Below, in pieces: positions 31,177-40,846 of a stretch of DNA of 52,865 nucleotides (positions are counted from its first letter, which is position 1; the number at the start of each line of letters is the position of its first letter). The position numbers were made by a program, and so were the translations under genes. Origin of the DNA: an uncultured Actinomycetes bacterium (lineage in GTDB: Bacteria; Actinomycetota; Actinomycetes; Nanopelagicales; Nanopelagicaceae). The DNA lies in contig CAJBMC010000114.1 in NCBI GenBank assembly GCA_903954055.1, forward strand, positions 1-52,865, given 5' to 3'. The notes under the pieces are model-generated. The model made no database searches and had not been told where the DNA came from. It saw only the letters and a program-made list of their open reading frames with translations.

Positions 31177-31866
31177 TTAACCGGTGTATCCGTAAACGCC
31201 ACGAACCTGATCGCGGATAACATGGCCGCCATCGAGTTCGATAACGCGCTTGCGCATCTGATCAACAATTCCCGAATCGTGTGTCGCCATCAAAACTGTT
31301 GTGCCCTCGCGGTTGATGCGATCGAGCAACTTCATAATTCCAACCGAGAGTTCTGGGTCAAGGTTTCCAGTTGGCTCGTCAGCGATAATGATTGGTGGCT
31401 TGGTCACATATGCGCGAGCAATTGCAACGCGCTGTTGCTCTCCACCTGAAATCTCTGAAGGCAAACGATCGCCCTTATCTTCTAGACCAACGAGCTCGAG
31501 CATCTCTGGAACTTCGCGATTGATCTCCTTCTGCGAATATCCAAGGACATGCAATGAGAAAGCGATATTTTCTGAGATCGTCTTATTTGGGAGAAGTCGG
31601 AAATCCTGAAATACGGTTCCTACTTGGCGACGAAGTTCGGGCACCTTGTGGTTAGCGAGAGTTCCCAGATCTTTACCTGCGACGTGGATGATGCCCGAAG
31701 TTGGACGCTCTTCACGGAGGATGAGACGCAAGAAGGTCGACTTACCTGAACCTGATTTACCTACGAGGAAGACGAACTCGCCCTTATTGATTTCGAGGTT
31801 GACGCCATCAAGAGCTGGTCGCTCTTGGCCGGCATAGACCTTCGTAACATTCTCAAAGCGAATCAC
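31177..31866 (-). CDS. ftsE: Cell division ATPase FtsE
   Basis: [24 protein letters not shown] and ADEPTGNLD. Confidence 0.96.
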   Translation of the reverse strand: MIRFENVTKVYAGQERPALDGVNLEINKGEFVFLVGKSGSGKSTFLRLILREERPTSGIIHVAGKDLGTLANHKVPELRRQVGTVFQDFRLLPNKTISENIAFSLHVLGYSQKEINREVPEMLELVGLEDKGDRLPSEISGGEQQRVAIARAYVTKPPIIIADEPTGNLDPELSVGIMKLLDRINREGTTVLMATHDSGIVDQMRKRVIELDGGHVIRDQVRGVYGYTG

Positions 31867-31986
31867 TTCTGAACTCCCTCAATTAACTGAGCCCGAGTTT
31901 AGGGCACTTAACCTTCAGATGAGCGTATGTGAGAGCAATTCAGGCTCAGAAAAAGGTGTGAAATTGATAGCGATATGCGGTGGCGA

Positions 31987-33093
31987 TTAAGCGGAAGCTG
32001 TTGAGCGACGCCAGCGAATTCCTGCTTCGATGAAGTCATCGATCTCGCCATCGAGAACTGCAGATGTATTTCCAGTCTCATGATTATTACGAAGGTCCTT
32101 CACCATTTGATACGGAGCAAGAACATATGAGCGCATCTGATTTCCCCATGAGCCACTGTTATCGCCCTTGAGCGCATTGATCTTTGCCTGCTCTTCTTGG
32201 CGACGACGTTCTAATAACTTTGACTGCAAGACTGCCATTGCAGTCGCTTTATTTTGAATCTGTGATCGCTCGTTCTGACATGAGACAACGATTCCAGTCG
32301 GAATATGTGTCAGACGTACAGCTGAGTCAGTTGTATTAACACCTTGTCCACCAGGACCAGATGAACGATAAACATCTACGCGAATCTCTTTCTCATCGAT
32401 TTCAATGTGATCGCTCTGTTCTACAACTGGGACGACTTCAACGCCAGCAAAAGATGTATGGCGACGTGATTGTGAATCAAATGGCGAAATTCGAACTAAA
32501 CGATGTGTTCCTTGCTCGACCGATAGCGTGCCATAGGCATACGGTGCGCTAACGCGGAAGGTTGCAGATTTAATACCGGCTTCTTCTGCATAGGAAGTTT
32601 CGAGGATATCTGTCTTAAACTCATGACGTTCGCAATACCTGAGATACATGCGATACAACATCTGTGCCCAGTCAGCCGCTTCAACACCACCTGCTTCAGA
32701 GCGGATAGTGATGAGTGCATCGCGATTGTCATATTCGCCAGAGAGCAAAGTAGTTACTTCAAGTTCGCTAATTGCCTTCTTAGTTGAATCAAGCTCTGCC
32801 TCTGCATCGTGAAGGGCCGAACCTTCAGATTCCTCAGCAGCTAACTCAAAGAGAATCGGCAAGTCATCAACTCGAGAACGCAAGCCCTTGAGCTTTGAAA
32901 TCACAGCTTGCGTGCGGGATAACTTACTGGTGACGGCTTGTGCCGCTCCGGGGTCATCCCAAAGATTAGGAACTCCAGCCGCCTCTTCGAGTTCGACCGC
33001 TTCTTTCTCTAACTTCGGAAGATCGAGTACCTGTTCGATTGATTTGAGGGTCGCGCTTATCTCAGCAATTTCGAGAGCATATTCGCGAGCCAT
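31987..33093 (-). CDS. prfB: Peptide chain release factor 2 (continuous ORF)
   Basis: SPF motif and GGQ. Confidence 0.97.
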   Translation of the reverse strand: MAREYALEIAEISATLKSIEQVLDLPKLEKEAVELEEAAGVPNLWDDPGAAQAVTSKLSRTQAVISKLKGLRSRVDDLPILFELAAEESEGSALHDAEAELDSTKKAISELEVTTLLSGEYDNRDALITIRSEAGGVEAADWAQMLYRMYLRYCERHEFKTDILETSYAEEAGIKSATFRVSAPYAYGTLSVEQGTHRLVRISPFDSQSRRHTSFAGVEVVPVVEQSDHIEIDEKEIRVDVYRSSGPGGQGVNTTDSAVRLTHIPTGIVVSCQNERSQIQNKATAMAVLQSKLLERRRQEEQAKINALKGDNSGSWGNQMRSYVLAPYQMVKDLRNNHETGNTSAVLDGEIDDFIEAGIRWRRSTASA

Positions 33094-33114
33094 GGAGGAA
33101 GGATAGCGAGTTCA

Positions 33115-33693
33115 TTAACCAATATCGAAACCATAATAATTATTTGTCGTAGCACGCTCCCCCACCGCACCTGCATGACTACCTATGCCAACTTCACGAA
33201 TATTGATAAACGGTATAGGGATAGGAATCTGCGCAATTGCTCTGCTCTCGATATAAATTTGAAAGCCGTCACATTGAAAATTACTCATCCCCATCGTTCG
33301 AATATTCTCGCGAGTAAGAGAGCTTTCTCGAGAGGTCCAGGTAGAAAATACTTCTGACGCATCACGCTCACCTTGACTACAATCAATAGGAATTCCTGGA
33401 TCAGTTTCTCCGCTTGATAAAGAATTCTTTAACATTTGGGTTGCGTTGTATTCTCCTGAGTAATATTGATTAGCATCCAAGTTCTGCATGCCCCTTTGTA
33501 CTGCTGCCTCAGTAGCGATTGTCAAGGAACGTTTCGCGAGATATATTGAAGATATATCGGTCAAAATTAGCGCCATCAGGAGAAGAATTAAAAAGAGCCC
33601 CATCGTTAAAACCGAAATAGAGCCGCGTTCTGAAGCTAACTTTCGAAGGAATCTAAGCCCACGGTGATACATATTCCACCGCCGAAATTTCAT
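33115..33693 (-). CDS. TadG-like pilus protein (start uncertain)
   Basis: Prepilin-like ERG|S followed by a hydrophobic helix; last gene of the tad cluster. Confidence 0.7.
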   Translation of the reverse strand: MKFRRWNMYHRGLRFLRKLASERGSISVLTMGLFLILLLMALILTDISSIYLAKRSLTIATEAAVQRGMQNLDANQYYSGEYNATQMLKNSLSSGETDPGIPIDCSQGERDASEVFSTWTSRESSLTRENIRTMGMSNFQCDGFQIYIESRAIAQIPIPIPFINIREVGIGSHAGAVGERATTNNYYGFDIG

Positions 33694-34057
33694 TATTAAG
33701 TTTTGTATCGCGAATTGAAATCGTAATTACATTTCGTGGCGAGATACATGGCGATTGAGCGCAATGAATCCGATATGAGATTTCGCCGCTTGCAATTTCC
33801 TCTTTGTAACCGAGAATTTCAGCACCTTTTATAAATACTTCATATGCAACTCTGTTTGCCACCTCATCGTTCTCACTCGTTACAAATGCTCTCGCCATCT
33901 CTCGGCTTAAAGATTTCATTGAGGCTTGACTATCACTTGAGTGTGAATACATATTGAGGTAGATAAAGAGGGGGATGAAGAGGGGTAGAGCAAGCGCTAC
34001 GAACTCAAGGAGAGCGCTCCCCTCCTCATCCACAACTAAGCGGCGTAGGAATCTCAT
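33653..34057 (-). CDS. TadE-like pseudopilin
   Basis: EEG|SALLEF (Glu+5), AREMARAF-like helix, C..PC. Confidence 0.78.
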   Translation of the reverse strand: MRFLRRLVVDEEGSALLEFVALALPLFIPLFIYLNMYSHSSDSQASMKSLSREMARAFVTSENDEVANRVAYEVFIKGAEILGYKEEIASGEISYRIHCAQSPCISPRNVITISIRDTKLNNEISAVEYVSPWA

Positions 34058-34413
34058 CTTTGATTCTCTACTACCGCGATACCGGAAACCTCAATTGAGG
34101 TATGAGATGACTTCTTCAAAATTCCTGGAACCAAGTCACCGAGATTCTTCTTCCGTCGGGTTACAAGGAGCTGCAAATTTTGATTGTCGCCACTACTCTC
34201 AATCTGAATAAATTGATCCGTATTGTAAAAATCCCCAGATATAGCTCTGACGGATGCATCATCTTGAGCATGAATCCGCTCCACATTTCGCGCATGGATC
34301 GCATACGCAATCTGAGTGCCTACAAGAAAGAGCACCAAAAGCGGGACAAGTACGAGAGTCGATTCAACACTTCCGCGCTGATCTACAAAATACCGCCAGA
34401 GTCGCCGTTTCAT
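34054..34413 (-). CDS. TadE-like pseudopilin
   Basis: QRG|SVESTLVLVP followed by a TM helix. Confidence 0.68.
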   Translation of the reverse strand: MKRRLWRYFVDQRGSVESTLVLVPLLVLFLVGTQIAYAIHARNVERIHAQDDASVRAISGDFYNTDQFIQIESSGDNQNLQLLVTRRKKNLGDLVPGILKKSSHTSIEVSGIAVVENQR

Positions 34414-34419
34414 AACGCC

Positions 34420-34686
34420 TTAACGGATCCCGTTCATTGCATCAAGAGAATTCTTTAAGATTGCTGTCAATCTAGGAGCTGCGATTGTCCAAATTGCTGT
34501 GACCAAGCCGGTAGTCATCAACACGACCAAGACCCATCCAGGTACATCACCCCGCTGATCAGAGAGAGCAATGAAGATTCTCGATTTCCTTACTCGCTGA
34601 ATCTGACTCGATATGCGCATAGTCAGATTGATACTCTTCTCGAGAATCGCTCCTCGTGTAGTTGTAATGAAGTTTCCTACTTTCAT
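34420..34686 (-). CDS. Flp-like major pilin (actinobacterial GDVPGW type)
   Basis: DQRG|DVPGWVLVVLMT, giving a short mature peptide; lies after tadC. Confidence 0.7.
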   Translation of the reverse strand: MKVGNFITTTRGAILEKSINLTMRISSQIQRVRKSRIFIALSDQRGDVPGWVLVVLMTTGLVTAIWTIAAPRLTAILKNSLDAMNGIR

Positions 34687-34717
34687 TCTTTTCTCGCTTT
34701 CGATTGATGTGGGATGT

Positions 34718-35512
34718 TTAACTGCTAAAAAGATTTAAGGTTGAGAGGGATGGGAAAAGAGCAAAGAGGATTGAGATTGGCAAAATTAGAAATACAACTG
34801 GAATCATCATCGAAACCTCAGATTTTCCGGCCGCACTCAAGAGTCTTACGCGCTCTAAGTTTCGCGATTGGCTTGTTCCATTGAGAAGGGTCTCTACAAG
34901 CGGCGTTCCGCGTGAAATGGAAATCAGTATTGAATCTGCAAACCGTCTGAGAGTTCCTGATTGGAGCCGCTTACTCATTGAATCCAATGCAGCAGAGAAG
35001 GAGGCGCCACCTTCAATTTCACGTACAACTATCCGGAATTCAGCAGCGAGGTAGCCATTACCTCGGGATGCAATCCGTTTAAATGCCGCGGCTGGAGATT
35101 CACCTGCCCCAATAGCGAGAGTTAAGATTTCAACAATTGCTGGAAATTCATCTTCAATTTCTGCGCGACGTTTAATACAACGTTGAGTTAAGTTTCGCTC
35201 AGTCAGCGCAACTGTCGCAAACCAGGTTATTCCAATCAAAATTACCGCACCCGGAAGTTTGATCACATTGAACGAGAAAAGGGTTACTATCAAGATTAAT
35301 TCGATAGTAAGCAGAGACATCTGGGCAAGTCGGAAATTTCCATAATCATCTTCCGAAATTTTGCCAATCTGGGCCAATCTTTCACGGATGCTCTCTTTGT
35401 TGTGCCATCTCATCTCGCGGAAGAGAAACTCTTCAATCACCTTGCTACTACCTTCGAACGCGACAAATGCGACTGCAGCGATGAGAATTGGTATTGATAT
35501 CTGCGGATTCAC
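34718..35512 (-). CDS. tadC: TadC (T2SS-F family)
   Basis: EFPAIVEILTLAIGAGESP, RGTPL and MIPVVFLILP. Confidence 0.85.
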   Translation of the reverse strand: MNPQISIPILIAAVAFVAFEGSSKVIEEFLFREMRWHNKESIRERLAQIGKISEDDYGNFRLAQMSLLTIELILIVTLFSFNVIKLPGAVILIGITWFATVALTERNLTQRCIKRRAEIEDEFPAIVEILTLAIGAGESPAAAFKRIASRGNGYLAAEFRIVVREIEGGASFSAALDSMSKRLQSGTLRRFADSILISISRGTPLVETLLNGTSQSRNLERVRLLSAAGKSEVSMMIPVVFLILPISILFALFPSLSTLNLFSS

Positions 35513-36243
35513 TTTTGCAGACCAAAAATTCTCTTAGGTTCTGGAAGGCGGCTAAGCCAACCCATCCATAAATATGCAATAGCAGTCATTCCAACACCGA
35601 ATACCAAGATCAGAATTCCGGAAGGAGTTGAATACGCTGATGCGGTTGAAGGTTGCGCCGAAAGCAGTAAGAGAAGTAGCCACGGTGCAGCCGCAGAGAG
35701 ATGAGCCGAGTTTCTTACCCAACCTTGCTTGGCTTGGATCTCTCTACGAAGCGCTAGGTCCTGCCGAATAAAGTCACCTAATTGGCGTAAAAGCGATAGT
35801 AATTCGCCTCCACCCAGTGACTTAGCAAAAAGCAGTGACTCTACAAATTGATCTGCTGCTCGAATAGAAAATTTGCTTTGTAGCTTTGAAATCGATTCTT
35901 CGAAAGTTGATCCGTTTCTGAGGTCTTCCCCAAATTCAAAAAAGAGCGCGCGAGTTGCTTCTGGCCCTCTCTCTCCAAGACCGATGAGAGTCTCATTGAG
36001 AGAAAGACCTGATTGAATTCCACTGATGACACTATCGATTATCTCTGGCATTGCATCGAAGTAAAGCCAAGCACGTTTCTGCTCTGATCGGTTACTCGAA
36101 ATCTTCATCATAAGAATGACGACCGCACAGAGAGCCAATGAAATGGCCAGAGATTTCGTCAATGAGAATGCCACGAGAGAAGTTGAAATTGAGATTAGCA
36201 ATACCTTTAAAGCCCTATCACCGATTTTTAGATTACTAATCAT
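35509..36243 (-). CDS. tadB: TadB (T2SS-F family)
   Basis: PEIIDSVISGIQSGLSL, LGGGEL and REIQAKQGWV. Confidence 0.85.
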   Translation of the reverse strand: MISNLKIGDRALKVLLISISTSLVAFSLTKSLAISLALCAVVILMMKISSNRSEQKRAWLYFDAMPEIIDSVISGIQSGLSLNETLIGLGERGPEATRALFFEFGEDLRNGSTFEESISKLQSKFSIRAADQFVESLLFAKSLGGGELLSLLRQLGDFIRQDLALRREIQAKQGWVRNSAHLSAAAPWLLLLLLSAQPSTASAYSTPSGILILVFGVGMTAIAYLWMGWLSRLPEPKRIFGLQK

Positions 36244-37264
36244 TAGTATGAGCCAATCTACTTCTCAAAGTTGCTAGTCCGATTCCGGGCGTGTAGCCAT
36301 CGATTTCAAATTTCCAAAGAGACTCCATTTCTATATTGAGGTTCTCATGACGACCGGTAATAAGTACGACTTCTACGATGCGTCGCTTACCACTTGAGTC
36401 CATCGCAATTTGAATGACCACGTCGATTGCCGAGGCAACAGTTGGAACGATGAAAGAATGTGAGATATTCGCACCAGCAAGAAGAGGAAGTGTTTGTAAC
36501 TTAATTACCGCGTCACGAGCTGAGTTCGCATGGATAGTTCCCATTCCGGGAAGCCCTGAATTGAGTGCTATTAGCAGATCTAGCGCTTCTGCTTCACGTA
36601 CTTCTCCCACAATGATTCGATTAGGTCGCATCCGAAGCGCTTCTTTCACCAATCTTCGAAGCGTTATCTCTCCATCGCCCTGTAAATTTGCACCTCGCGT
36701 TTGCATTTGAATCACATCAGGCAAACGTGGATTAATTTCAAAGACTTCCTCGATGGTAATTACTCTGTGAAAGTATGGAATTTCGCCAGCTAGAGCGTTG
36801 AGAAGTGTGGTCTTGCCTGCCTGCGTTCCACCGCTGATTAAGAGGTTCATCCCTGAAGAAATTGCTCGGACTAAGAGCTCGCAAATTTCAGTTGTGAGCA
36901 TTCCATCCTGAGTGAGCTCTTCAAGTGATTTGCCCTGCGCAATATGTTTACGGATATTTACCGCCCAGTGCTCTGCGGTGATTTCGGGAATAGCTACATG
37001 GAGTCGGCTGCCATCTGGCAGACGTGCATCTACAAACGGATGGGATAAATCAAGTCTCCTGCCGCTCCATAGCAAGGCACGGTCAACTAAATTCCGTACT
37101 TCATCTGCTGTAAGGATGAGATTGGTGAGTTCACTTCGCCCATGTCGGGCAATGAAGATTCGCTCAGGAGAATTGATCCAAATTTCCTCAACTGTATTGT
37201 CAATAATAAATTGGTAGATCGGACCGAATACAACCTCCGGTTGCATCTCAGCTCTGTTATCCAT
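36236..37264 (-). CDS. tadA: TadA/CpaF pilus assembly ATPase
   Basis: DARLPDGSR, SGGTQAGKTT, LRMRPNRIIVGEVR and TIHANS. Confidence 0.92.
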   Translation of the reverse strand: MDNRAEMQPEVVFGPIYQFIIDNTVEEIWINSPERIFIARHGRSELTNLILTADEVRNLVDRALLWSGRRLDLSHPFVDARLPDGSRLHVAIPEITAEHWAVNIRKHIAQGKSLEELTQDGMLTTEICELLVRAISSGMNLLISGGTQAGKTTLLNALAGEIPYFHRVITIEEVFEINPRLPDVIQMQTRGANLQGDGEITLRRLVKEALRMRPNRIIVGEVREAEALDLLIALNSGLPGMGTIHANSARDAVIKLQTLPLLAGANISHSFIVPTVASAIDVVIQIAMDSSGKRRIVEVVLITGRHENLNIEMESLWKFEIDGYTPGIGLATLRSRLAHTND

Positions 37265-37371
37265 GGCGCGAGGTTAGGAACTTAGCGACAAATTAATCGC
37301 ATGTATATACGTTCCTGTGGATAGGTTTTTTCTAATTCACTTCAATGTATTTCTAATCTACTTAGAGCAAC

Positions 37372-37476
37372 GACATACAAGTAGCGAGTTGAGGAGTAGG
37401 GGAAGTTGGCTCCTCAACCCGCTACCTATCGGCTTCGCCACTAGAGCGCTGCGACGGAATCAGCGTTGTAATGGAT
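37372..37476 (-). ncRNA. Candidate small RNA with a 16-bp stem and C-rich loop (6C-like); boundaries and strand inferred
   Basis: Inverted repeat 37381-37396 / 37410-37425. On the minus strand its single imperfection is a G-U pair and the loop is CCAACUUCCCCUA. TATCAT at 37488-37483. Confidence 0.35.
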
Positions 37477-37499
37477 TCGAAAATGATAAGTTTGGGTTT

Positions 37500-37877
37500 A
37501 TGAGTGCAGATGATTCTCAATCAACCCCAGGTAGCGGAATACGTTGGGCCCTATTGTTTGCGGAAGCAATCCTTGTACTCGCCCTAGCCCTCTACATGAT
37601 TGCCCTTGGAATCACTCACGATAAAGAGTGGGCACCATATTTAGGTGTCATCGCATTCGCCTTTGTAGGGTCAGCAGGATTATTTGCACTTGCCCGCGGG
37701 GTGAAAGCTGGAAAGCGTTGGGCTAACTCCCCAGCAATCCTGGCTAACTTAATTGCGCTCGGCGTATCAAAGTTTCAATTTGAAGCGGGGCTTTATTGGC
37801 TTGCAATCCCAATCGCAGCGATGGCGATTACAGTTGTTGTAAGCATATTTCTCAATATTAAGAAATCACAGAACTAA
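37500..37877 (+). CDS. Four-TM membrane protein (resembles actinobacterial Rv3217c-type proteins)
   Basis: Hydrophobic segments with GKRWANSPAI. Start placed at ATG 37500 (TGn-TAAGTT 7 nt upstream). Confidence 0.7.
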   Translation: MSADDSQSTPGSGIRWALLFAEAILVLALALYMIALGITHDKEWAPYLGVIAFAFVGSAGLFALARGVKAGKRWANSPAILANLIALGVSKFQFEAGLYWLAIPIAAMAITVVVSIFLNIKKSQN

Positions 37878-37881
37878 TAAC

Positions 37882-39123
37882 TTACTTCTTTTTGTAACCC
37901 GCCGGACAGGTTGGATTAACTCCCGAAACCTTCTTTGCGATTTTTCCTTTGACGCAGCTAATAGTGATTTTCTTCGATAGATCAGACTTGGTTGGTTCGG
38001 TTAAGTTCAAGCGGATGGTTGGCGAAGAATAGTGATACCCGGTTGCCTGAATTGAAAAAGTTTTGTTGACTACTCTGCTTGTAAGTACTGCGACAGATGA
38101 AGATCCATCGTCATAGGTGACGTTGACATTTGCTTGAGGTGAAATGGCGCTTGAATTAATCCCCCACAAACATGCAATTCCCGCTAGAGAAATTGTCGCT
38201 CTGAATTGACCTACCTCTAGAGTCTTGCCGTCAGCTTTGAGATGCGGGCTCGAAACTTTGAGTTTGATTTCTTGGGTTTGCTTATCAAATTCAGGGAAGC
38301 CCGCATATGCCGCGTTACTGCTAATGATCGGGTTATCAGGGGAACAACTCTTTCCATTTCCCCAATCAAAGCTAGTATTTCTTCGATCGATTGTATAAAG
38401 ATGCCAGTAAGTACGGTTGGCCAATGCTTGGGTGAAATCTCCTGGTCCGGTATTTGCTTCAACTGGTAGGTTCACTGGAATTTCCATCGCGTTTCCAGCG
38501 ATTGTGAACTGTTTTCCACCTTCAATATCCTTCGATGTGTAAGTGACATTTTCGACGCTACCAGTCGTTAGGCCTGGCTCTAATAAATTTGAATTAAAGA
38601 CTGTTGTGAAGCGGACCTTCTGCGTAAATTGTGGAGGGTATTTACAGTCGCCGATAACTTTCATCGCTTTGCAAAGGTCGGGACTTAATTCATCCTGAGT
38701 AGAATCGAAAAGTGACGCAAATATCGTGAAATCCAATGCACCAAAATCCGTTTGATTACCAATGGTGTTTGGCTTCTGCATCCACATTTGCGTGACAACA
38801 GTGTCTGTCCCTGAAGAGTTTTTCAAACCTTGGATTTTCCATTCAGTTGCCGCATAAGTTCGAATATTCTGTTCGTAGTCACGGCTATCCCATTTACTTA
38901 CGACTCCCGTAGGAATTGCGCTAACAACTCGGCCATCTTCAAATTCCGCTGAAAGTGAGACTATGCAATTCATCTCTGAAGCAGAGGCGCATAGCAAGAA
39001 ATTATTAATTGGAATGACGGCAGAATTTGCGGGCATGCTTTGTGAAAAGATCAGGATTCCAATCAAGGAAAGAGTTGAGGCAGCTCGAACCCGGGATATT
39101 TGCAGGGTTTTGAGCGCCTTCAT
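37882..39123 (-). CDS. Secreted orphan protein with Cys/Lys-rich C-terminal module
   Basis: Signal peptide ending about ANS|A; ends KKITISCVKGKIAKKVSGVNPTCPAGYKKK. Confidence 0.8.
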   Translation of the reverse strand: MKALKTLQISRVRAASTLSLIGILIFSQSMPANSAVIPINNFLLCASASEMNCIVSLSAEFEDGRVVSAIPTGVVSKWDSRDYEQNIRTYAATEWKIQGLKNSSGTDTVVTQMWMQKPNTIGNQTDFGALDFTIFASLFDSTQDELSPDLCKAMKVIGDCKYPPQFTQKVRFTTVFNSNLLEPGLTTGSVENVTYTSKDIEGGKQFTIAGNAMEIPVNLPVEANTGPGDFTQALANRTYWHLYTIDRRNTSFDWGNGKSCSPDNPIISSNAAYAGFPEFDKQTQEIKLKVSSPHLKADGKTLEVGQFRATISLAGIACLWGINSSAISPQANVNVTYDDGSSSVAVLTSRVVNKTFSIQATGYHYSSPTIRLNLTEPTKSDLSKKITISCVKGKIAKKVSGVNPTCPAGYKKK

Positions 39124-39295
39124 AAAAATATCTTAGGCAGTCTAGCGCCTCAAAAAATCGAAGTTTTAAAGTTCTAACTGGTCAAATTTTCTACCCATGA
39201 GTTACGCGGTAACCCGCCCCAGAGTTCACCGTCAGTTTTTCGACAGTTTAGATGTAGTTGCCCATTCCATTGCTTGGCTCTCAGATGATTCAGCC

Positions 39296-39442
39296 ATGAA
39301 AATAAAGCGTTTCTTTGGCCTTCTAGCCGATATCTTTTTTGGCCACGATGTACCTGAATTTGTTGATCCTGTAGAACCGCAATACGTGTCGATGAAAGTG
39401 CGTCAGGCTGAAGATTCTAGGTTGATTCAGTCTCGGATCTAA
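39296..39442 (+). CDS. Small hypothetical protein (48 aa)
   Basis: Fills the intergenic gap; amphipathic N-terminus; start chosen at the internal ATG. Confidence 0.4.
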   Translation: MKIKRFFGLLADIFFGHDVPEFVDPVEPQYVSMKVRQAEDSRLIQSRI

Positions 39443-39566
39443 TTCAATATTTACCAACCTGCCAAGAGCAGAAGAATCAGCGGATTGGGCCAGTTTCCAG
39501 GTTTCACCTCTGATAAACCTCGGAATAGTGGTTACTTAGACTTCCCGCGGCGATTAAACTTTATTT

Positions 39567-40805
39567 ATGCGAGGGATTGTAAAAGTTGCTGTCGCTTCGG
39601 CGCTCATTATCTCTTGCCTAGAAACAGCGCCGAGTGCAGTTGCTGTGCCCGCTTGCACTACATCGCAATCAAACTATGTCCTTAGCAGTACGACCTATAC
39701 CGCCATTACGATTTCGCAATCGGGTTCTTGCATATGGACAGTTCCTGCTGGTGTGACACAAGCTGATGTTCTGATTGTCGGCGGTGGTGGTGGCGGTGCG
39801 GGAGGTAATTCGGGTTCTACCGGCTCTGCCGGTGGTGGCGGTGGTGGCGGTGCGATGGTTGCAACAAGCTATCCCTTAACTCCTGCAGCTAGTCTCTCAA
39901 TTACGGTTGGCGCTGGTGGCGCTGGTGGGCCAAGTACATCTGGCGGAGATTCCACACTTGGTTCACAAGGTGGCACTACTACATTTGATCAGATCACTGC
40001 CGGTGGTGGTGGTGGCGGTGGATATTCCAGTGTCAATGGCTTTCTCACTCAAGCCGGTTTGCCTGGAACTGCAGGTGGTGGCGGTGGTGGTGCGAGTAAT
40101 CACTGGTACGCATATAACGATGGATCATCAACTGTTGCATCTGGCGGAACTGGAACTACAAAGATAGTTGGTGCTCGCACATACACCGGTATTAATGGTG
40201 GTAATGGTGGTGTCTACGTTGCTGGAGTTAGCCCCTCAAATACATCCGCTGTTGGTGGCGGCGCAGCAGGTAGTGCAACAAGTGCAAATCCTCCAGTACC
40301 AGGAGCGGCATTTTCTACAAACATTAGTGGCACAACAACAAACTATGGCGGCGGCGGATTAGCTGATGGAGCAACAAGTTGGGTGAATGGAACGAGACCC
40401 ACAGGTGTTGGTTTCGGTGGTTGGGGTGGTCTGGGCAGTGTTGCTGGAACTTCAGGTAATAGCGGAATTGTCATTATTCGATACCTATATGTCCCAATCA
40501 CAGTTAATTCATTTAATTTATCTGGCAGCGCTTCGACCGCCACATATAGAGCTGCAACAACAATTCAAGTAAATGTGAGTTCGACTGCAGTTGTGACTTT
40601 CTACGCTGCAAATAAGAAGATTCCTGGCTGCACCAAAATTACTGCCACTGGTACTTCGCCAAACATTATTGCGCAGTGCACTTGGAAACCAGCCACGCAT
40701 GGTGGGCTCACGCTTACCGCTCAAATATCTCCTCCTGGAGGTGGCATAACAACTAGCACTGGTCAGTTGCGAATTGGTGTTTTATCTCGAACTGGTAATC
40801 GTTAG
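39567..40805 (+). CDS. Secreted glycine-rich protein with C-terminal Ig-like, two-Cys domain
   Basis: Signal peptide, WTVPAGVTQADVLIVGGGGGG, poly-Gly runs, GNSGIVIIRY, then VTFYAANKKIPGC...AQCTWKP...RTGNR. Confidence 0.85.
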   Translation: MRGIVKVAVASALIISCLETAPSAVAVPACTTSQSNYVLSSTTYTAITISQSGSCIWTVPAGVTQADVLIVGGGGGGAGGNSGSTGSAGGGGGGGAMVATSYPLTPAASLSITVGAGGAGGPSTSGGDSTLGSQGGTTTFDQITAGGGGGGGYSSVNGFLTQAGLPGTAGGGGGGASNHWYAYNDGSSTVASGGTGTTKIVGARTYTGINGGNGGVYVAGVSPSNTSAVGGGAAGSATSANPPVPGAAFSTNISGTTTNYGGGGLADGATSWVNGTRPTGVGFGGWGGLGSVAGTSGNSGIVIIRYLYVPITVNSFNLSGSASTATYRAATTIQVNVSSTAVVTFYAANKKIPGCTKITATGTSPNIIAQCTWKPATHGGLTLTAQISPPGGGITTSTGQLRIGVLSRTGNR

Positions 40806-40846
40806 TGAGTGATTATCTATAGCGGATTGAGCCCGCGTTTTTTCTT

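Noticed and set aside
31987-33093. Programmed +1 frameshift in prfB
   Set aside because: The ORF is continuous, as is usual in Actinobacteria.
37317-37499. N-terminal 61 aa of the 186-aa ORF at 37317
   Set aside because: It runs through a strong hairpin and lacks protein-like character; a promoter-supported ATG lies at 37500.
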